NCBI GenBank assembly: GCA_964016885.1 | Contig: OZ024741.1 | Coordinates: forward strand, 136,648,001 to 136,712,000 | Direction: 5' to 3' | Length of the DNA stretch: 64,000 bases | Origin: Eledone cirrhosa | Taxonomy: Eukaryota | In this document: one piece after another, positions 56,321 through 64,000 of the stretch | How the letters are laid out: every line of letters begins with the position of its first letter | How positions within the stretch are numbered: position 1 is the first letter of the stretch | Position numbers and translations under genes: made by a program | Notes under the pieces: model-generated | Databases searched by the model: none | The model's input: only the letters and a program-made list of their open reading frames with translations | What the model was told of the DNA's origin: nothing

Positions 56321-57009
56321 AATTTGCTGTACCAATAATGATATCTTGTGTGTTCCCTCTGCTTCGGAAATTTTATCGCCATTTTTATTGAGTGGTCAGT
56401 AACTCAGTGAATAGTTTTTGGGAGTTTTTTGTATACTGTAGACGACAGGGCAAAAACCCCCCAGCACACACTGTAAATGTAGTTGGTGTTAGGAAGGGTA
56501 TCCAACCGTAGAAACCAAGCCGAAATCAGTTCTGTGTGAGCGAATCACGGTCCCCCTCACAAAGGGACAGCTCGTCTTACCCATGCTAACGTAGAAGATG
56601 GATGTGAAACGATGATGATGATGACTGATATTTTGATTACAGTGCTCAACAACCAAAATGCTTCTGAGACCAGAGTAACAATCTCCAACTAACTTTAGGT
56701 AGCTGATAATGAATATCACGGTTAAAACTGTTTGTTAGCTCTACTTTTCAACATACACATACATGTCACAGTAGGTTCCAACAGGCTTGCAGCAGTGTAA
56801 TTCTTACCGCACTCACAATTCCACTGCCCTTCAGTACTGTTCCAGCAGTTATAGGAGGCGGTTGTGTTGTGCAAGTTTATATATTGAGGTGAAAGGTAGG
56901 TGATTTTCCTAGTCAAACACTTTTTAAACTTATAATGAATATTCATTGAGCAAGCTATTGATATGCAAGTGAGACATTTTATATTAATTTTATTTTCCTA
57001 CTGAATGAT

Positions 57010-58376
57010 ACAATTTTGATGAAGCACACTCCCATAGACCGCATCTCATAACACAAGGGGAACTCTATGACCTTATCATGGATCTACAACTATCTAAAAA
57101 TGAGGCAGAGCTGCTAAGTTCTCATCTTCAACAGTGGAATCTCCTAGCAGCTGATGTAAAGATCTGAAAATTTCATGACCGTCAACAGCAGTTCATCAAT
57201 TTCTACATAATGGAAAGTGATTTATTGGCCTGCAACAATATTAATGGTCTGATGGAAGCACTTGGTATTTAATACGAACCCAGTCACTGGAGACTGTTCA
57301 TAGATTCATCAGAAACTAGTCAGAAAGGTGTCTTGCCGCATAATAGCAATAGTGAACCATCAATAGTGAAAGAAACTTATGAGAGAATATAAAGCATATG
57401 CTGCAGTGCATAAAATATAATGAACATCAATGGCAGCTCCGTGGTGACTTAAAGGTTGTTGCTCTTGTGATGGGTTTGCAGGGCGGATACACCAAGTACT
57501 ATTGCCTTCTCTGTGAATGGAACAGCCTTGGAAGAGGATTCACTATCTTAGGAGAGCCTGGCCACCTTATAAATCATTGGAGCCTAGGATGAAAAATGTT
57601 CAACAACCACCTCTCACTGAATCAAACAAAATTGTGTTACCACCACTGCACATAAAACTGGGGCTCATGAAAAACCTTATAAAAGCTATCGACAAATCCG
57701 GTCAGGGATTCAATTTTTTACATCAAAATTCCCCTCACTGGGCGATGCTAAGATAAACGAAGGAATCTTCATTAGTCCTCAGATTCGAGAGCTTCTTAAA
57801 GATGGTGACTTTAAATCAGCCCTTCAAGGGGGAGGAGAAAGCTGTTTGGGAAGCATTCAAGTTAGTGGCGAAGGGATTTCTCGGAAACAGGAGGGAAGGA
57901 AACTATGGAGAGTTGGTGGAAAACCTCATCAAAGCTTACAAGAATATAGGATGTCACTTAAAATCCACTTTTTGGACTCCCATTTAGACTTTTTTCCAGC
58001 GAACTGTGGAGCAGTTAGGGGCGAACATGGTGATCGGTTTCACCAAGATATTTCAACCATGTAAAAGCGGTACCAGGGCAAATGGAGCACAACAATGCTT
58101 GCAGACTATTACTGGACATGGGCAAGAGGTGATTTTTCAGGCCACTATAAGTGTCAAGCAAAACGGCTGAGAGTAGATACGGACTAGAGCTTAAAACATA
58201 ATGACACATATTGTATGTTATAATAAAATATTCAAATATTACATGGCGTGTATCTTTAAGCCTGTGACTAATAAGTATTTATCAAGGTGAGATTTGGATT
58301 CAGGACATGAAAATACATAAGAATTAAATAATCTCATTTAAGAAGCACACAGCGTTTCAAAACTTGTTGACTAGTG
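57010..58376 (+). mobile_element. Degenerate Chapaev3-like (CMC) DNA transposon, right end intact
   Basis: GDLKVVALVMGLQGGYTKYYCLLCEW, LPPLHIKLGLMKN, HFLDSHLDFFP..EHGDRFHQDI; terminus ...gttgactagtg followed by tta. Confidence 0.8.
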
Positions 58377-59557
58377 TTATATATAGCGTTAATCAACCAA
58401 TGAAAATTATCAACTTCCTTCGCTCGCTCGTTCCGTTTTTCTGAAGCGCAAAACATTATTTTGATATTTGTGTGCATTTGTGTATTTCTTTCTTTTTTTT
58501 TTTTTTTTTTTTAGAGTACCATTATAGCACATGCTACAAAGCCCGTATTATTTTAATCCAGTATTGGATAGTTTCAGCTTCCTTGACCATAGTTGTGGTC
58601 ACTTAATGCTATCTCCAACTAAACAACCACATCTCAGTAAATACATTTGTAAATATAAATATTCACATCTATAAAATATAGACAGATTAAAGATAAGATT
58701 TGCAAGAAGATAAGGAAACTATATTTTTAAAGTAAGGGGCTTATGCCTGTATATATTCTTTTAATTTTATTTTTCAAGAAATTACTATTTTCTTTTCTGT
58801 GTGTGAAGGAAAGATGGTTGTTTATGTTATGAATTGCTTTTAAACATGTCTTTTTAGAAGATCATAATCTGTGATTATCTTGTGAAAAATATTGATAAAA
58901 CCCATGATTCACTCGCATTGCAAGTTTCGAATGGATTGTAGAAGTTTTCAAAATTAATAAAAAGAATTTATGCATTTCAGTTGTAGCATATTTCGTGCAA
59001 AAGTAATTTGGTGCAAGAATAAAGCTTAGAAAATGAATAAATCATAAATTGTAGCAGTAAAAGAACCATAATACAACCATTCAGTAAACCCATAACATTG
59101 TCAATAGTTTATTTTTTCCTTAAACTTTTTCGGGTACAATGACAAGGTTCTATTGCTTTTTCTTTCGTTCTGTTTTGTTTTTTTGTGCCTTTTCTTTTTG
59201 TTTTTATTATTATTTCGGTTGGTTAACCCAAGTGTAATCAATCTATGGATGACATCTCCTCTGTGCATATGAAACCGATTTAAAAGATTCTGTTTTCATA
59301 AATTACGCTGCTTGGTGAGTGATAAAGGTAACAAAATTGATATTGGAAAAAATGTTTTATTGGAAACTTTCTATAAAATATCACACCTCATTAGTTAATC
59401 ATTCTCACAAATAATGCGACACAGCCTGGCAGCCTAGTTTTCTAAAAGTGTGTGTGTGTGTGTGTGTGAGTGTGTGTGTGTGTGCGTGCGCGCGCGTATG
59501 TGTGTGTGTGCGAGCGCGCTTGTGTGTATGTGTGTGCGTGTGTGCTTGTCTGATCTG

Positions 59558-59590
<33 letters not shown>

Positions 59591-60375
59591 ATGTATATAC
59601 ATATATATTTATATATATATAAGTATATATATGTATATATGTGTGTGTTTAGAGAAAAGACACACAACACATACACATACATGCATGCATGCATGCATAC
59701 ATACATACATACATACATACATACATACATACATACATACATACATACATACATACATACATACATACATACATACATACATACTTGCATGCATGCATAC
59801 ATGTTAGCCATATATATTTACTTTTATGTCTCTGAACAATATATAGATTGCGAATATTTTTCCACTACATAACACTATATGGAAAAAATATTTTCTACAA
59901 CAATGAACACAATAAGCTACATATTTGTAATGCACAACTATTGATAGATATTGATACACTACTTGTTAATAAAAAGAATAACAATGAAGATAAATAAATA
60001 TTTTTGAGATATGAAAAGCAGTATAATGACAAACATCGTATGAATAATTACTGGGAAATGTCTCGATTTTAGTTCATATCTTATTTCTAAACAGCAACAA
60101 GGTTTTAAAAAAGAGGTTTGTTATTTTAATGAATTAATTGTTTGTCTATTATTTTCTGTACGTCCTGTATGTTATATGTTTATATGTACATATATATACA
60201 TATATTTGTGAATGTGCGTCTGTGTTTATGTGTGTGTAAGTGAATGTATGTATGCGTGTATGTATGTACATATATCTATATACATATATATTTGTGTGTG
60301 TGTGTATGTGCTTATGTTTGTGTGTGATATATATATATATATACAATATATATATATACAATATATATATATATA

Positions 60376-60480
60376 CAGGGTGTCCCAAAAAACGTATACA
60401 TACGTCAATAGCTTTCTAATAAATATTGCATGTACAGGTAGGTAATCAAAGTGTGTATACATTCTTTTTGGGACATCATA
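60376..60480. mobile_element. Tc1/mariner-type MITE in (TA)n
   Basis: cagggtgtcccaaaaa / tttttgggacatcata TIRs with TA flanks. Confidence 0.7.
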
Positions 60481-60515
60481 TATATGTGTGTGTGTGGTGT
60501 GTGTGGTGTGTGTGT

Positions 60516-60612
<97 letters not shown>

Positions 60613-61103
60613 AGAGAGATACAAAGCAAGCTTTGCCTGTGACCATTCTCATCACAAAAGCAATACTAAAAGCTTTTTCCCCTGAATAAAGGAATTTTTT
60701 GAGAATGACCGGGGCAGGCCGCACTTGCTACATTTCTCCCCACCCAACCCTACTCACCGTCTCAACTCATTACTGCTATGAACACTTTTTCAACACACCT
60801 ACACCCATGCACTTATTAAAGTGGGAGAAAAGAAACCCCCACCACACCACAGACATGTTAAATCCCTATATATAGAACAACACACCACATACACATCAGT
60901 TTGACAAGCGCACCTCAGCGTGAAAGGTCTTTCTAAAAACGAAACAATACCTCCTACGTTAACCAAGAACTCCTAAGACCTAACCAACAACCAGCAACTT
61001 AATTTATAAAATAATTTTTTTTAAGAAAAATTCTTTTCGGATTTTGTGAAGAAAATAAATTTGTTGAAAGCACAAGTGAAGCCATTTTTTCTTCCCCTCT
61101 GTC

Positions 61104-61159
<56 letters not shown>

Positions 61160-61166
<7 letters not shown>

Positions 61167-61849
61167 GTGAGGTTTTTTTTACAAAATGAAAAATAACCGA
61201 GGTGTCCTACACGAGTGGAAGTATAAAGAAAAAGGGATGAAATCGAAAATGCAACTGAAGTCTTATTTTTTTAAAAAATATATATATTTATTTGGTTCCT
61301 TTACCGGTTTCGCAGTTCTTCTGCTTTTCAAAAGGTGAGTTGAGATGGAGGGTCTGTGGTTTTTCTCACATCTGGTTGGTCTCTAAATGTTACTTGTTTT
61401 ATATGGAAAAAGTGGCTCGAAAACCAGGTTTTTCGAGAAGTAATTTGATTGGTTTGTCAATATTTATAATAAATTTCGCGCCAGTTCGCGTTACAATAGT
61501 TCTTCAAATAAGAGAGGGGAGGGGTTTGTCACAGGTTGTTTTTTCATATATGAGTGTTTGAATTTCTTTTTACTTGAAAAAATGAGGCTCACGAAGGCTT
61601 TTTTTTTGGTTGGTTATAAATGAAATTTGGCTGTCACGTGAACAAGTTTTCATTCCATTTTTGCGCCCTTATTTGGAAAACTATTCTGTAGTCTTTATAG
61701 TGAATGTTATGACAATGGAGAGATAGTGGTCAAGGGAAAAGGGATTGGGAGAAATGTTCTGGTTCAGTGAATATGGCCAGCTGTCAGAGTTCAGGTGTCA
61801 GAGTTCAGATTTTCTATTGAGACTGAAGATATGTGTTTATTTGTGTGCT

Positions 61850-61884
<35 letters not shown>

Positions 61885-62611
61885 ATGTGTGTATTGGAAG
61901 ATGATTCTATTAGTAGAGATGGGGGAGGGAGTTGTGTGTTATGTGTGTGTGTGCGAGTATGTTAGATAGAGAGAATATATATTTTGTGTGTGTGTATATA
62001 TATATATGTGTAGGAAAGTGGTTCTATTAGTAGAAATGGGGAGGGTGTTGTAGGTGTGGGGGTTGTTATGTGTGTGTATGGGTGTTATGTGTGTGGGAGT
62101 ATGGTTAGCATGTTAAGATGAAGAGAATATATATATATATATATATTGTGTGTGTGTGTATGTGTGTGTGTAGGAAAATGATTCCTTTAGTAGGAATATT
62201 TTTGAATGAACATATTTTCCTGACTTTTTCGTGTTTGCTATTGTATTGCCAGTGCAAACGTATGTTTAAGGTTTATTTAGTTCGGGTTTTTATTTTCTAA
62301 AGTAGAAGGTGTTATGTGTGTGTGTGTATGTCATATTGTGGTGTTGACATAATGTATATTAAACCTTATTTAATGTTGGTCTATATTTTTGAATAAACAT
62401 ATTTTCCTTATTTATTCGCATTTGTTCTGTTGTATTGTTAGCGCAAAGGTAAAATGGGAAGACTTGGAATTTGGGTGTCTTATTACTTGCGCAAATGTCT
62501 AGATGTGCACTTAGTGGTATCTGTCTCGTGGTTGGATCTCGTAATTGTTGGCGATGAACTGTCATTCTGTTTCTGAGTGTGAGTTTAGTTTGTCCTATAT
62601 AATCTTCATTC
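61160..62611 (-). mobile_element. Inverted 3' segment (GIY-YIG end plus 3' UTR) of the adjacent PLE; degenerate HHR at 61298-61335
   Basis: 62290-62611 is the reverse complement of about 63680-64000 (same peptide NEDYIGQTKL...PTLNKV); cctt-TTGAAAA-gcag aagaa ctgc-GAAAC-cg-GTA-aagg. Confidence 0.85.
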
Positions 62612-64000
62612 TGGCTAGAGAAATATCCCAATGAGATACCTGACAGAATAGAAAAAAGCTTCATCACCGAGGGATTAAAATTCATCCTACAGAACAACTT
62701 TTTTGATTTCGATGGCAATACTTACAAGCAAATATCGGGGATTGCGATGGGCACAAAAGCCGCTCCAACTTATGCCAACTTAGTCATGGCATACTTAGAA
62801 GTCCAGATATATGAACAGTCCAAATCAAAATACGGATTGAACTTCCACAAATATTTATCAGAGAATTGGAAACGCTACTTGGATGATTGCCTCATTCTTT
62901 GGTCCCACACACTCGACCAACTGAAGGATTTCAAAAACTTAATAAACGGCATCAATAACCACATCCAATTCACAATGGAATACAGCCAAGATCAACTCCC
63001 ATTTCTGGACATCTTAATCACAAAAAAAGACACAAATATCGAAACTGACATACACTACAAACCAACAGATTCCAAACAATATCTGCTATTCACCTCCAAC
63101 CATCCAAAGCACACGAAGACGAACATTCCTTTTAACCTAGCAAGAAGAATTTGCACAATTGTCTCCAATTATGAAACGCGAAATAAAAGACTTCAAGAAT
63201 TAAAGGAAATTCTACTTGAGAGAGAGTACCCACTATTACTAATAAATAATGGAATAGAAAGGGCTAAAGCAATAGGCATTGATGAATTACGGAAACAGAA
63301 ACAAATTCAAGGTACGTCCAATATTCTATCATATATCTCAACACACAACCCAAGAAATGCGGAAGCTTACAACACTATTCACAATAACATCCCACTACTA
63401 AAACAAAACCCAAGAATGAAAAAAGCCCTTGAAACACACAAAATAATCAAAAGCAAAAGACAACCAAAATCACTGAAAACATTACTCACCAATGCCAAAT
63501 TACCTACCACAAACCCACAACCAAGTATCAAAAGATGTGGTCACTCTAATTGTGGAACCTGCACTCACCTCATTGAAGGCAACACGTATACATTTAAATC
63601 AGGACAAAATTTTACTGTAAAAAATCACTTCACTTGCTCATCAAAAAATCTAATTTATGCCATTAAATGTAAAGGGTGCAATGAAGATTATATAGGACAA
63701 ACTAAACTCACACTCAGAAACAGAATGACAGTTCATCGCCAACAATTACGAGATCCAACCACGAGACAGATACCACTAAGTGCACATCTAGACATTTGCG
63801 CAAGTAATAAGACACCCAAATTCCAAGTCTTCCCATTTTACCTTTGCGCTAACAATACAACAGAACAAATGCGAATAAATAAAGAAAATATGTTTATTCA
63901 AAAATATAGACCAACATTAAATAAGGTTTAATATACATTATGTCAACACCACAATATGACATACACACACACACATAACACCTTCTACTTTAGAAAATAA
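62612..64000 (+). mobile_element. 5'-truncated Penelope-like element, open RT C-terminus plus GIY-YIG ORF (62747-63931); runs off the window
   Basis: GIAMGTKAAPTYANL, WKRYLDD, LPFLDI, CGHSNCGTC, NLIYAIKCKGC..YIGQT. Confidence 0.93.

Overview
AT-rich, microsatellite-dense animal genomic DNA. The SINE content and (TA)n/(CA)n load suggest a coleoid cephalopod (octopus-like); this is inference. The one host gene I can fully support is MED19 (Mediator subunit 19) on the minus strand: 6 coding exons between 19868 and 116, all GT-AG with matching phases, about 235 aa. Its upstream region has E-box and CRE motifs and possibly a divergent first exon. The rest is mostly transposon debris: CR1-, RTE- and HERO-like LINE fragments, tRNA-derived SINEs, hAT/Tc1/Tigger/TTAA MITEs, two Helitron pieces, a Chapaev3-like transposase relic and at least eight Penelope-like element (PLE) copies or fragments. 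The main hidden signal is about two dozen type-I hammerhead ribozyme (HHR) motifs, read by eye, some intact and some with mutated cores. They lie in PLE 3' UTRs/pseudo-LTRs and in small non-coding tandem or fold-back units (about 314, 467 and 523 bp, plus long palindromes), mostly inserted in (TA)n tracts. Together these look like a PLE-driven retrozyme/circRNA system. One fold-back unit puts a sense-strand hammerhead and a ~430-bp hairpin next to the MED19 exon-2 splice donor. All ribozyme calls are manual folds and none has been tested.
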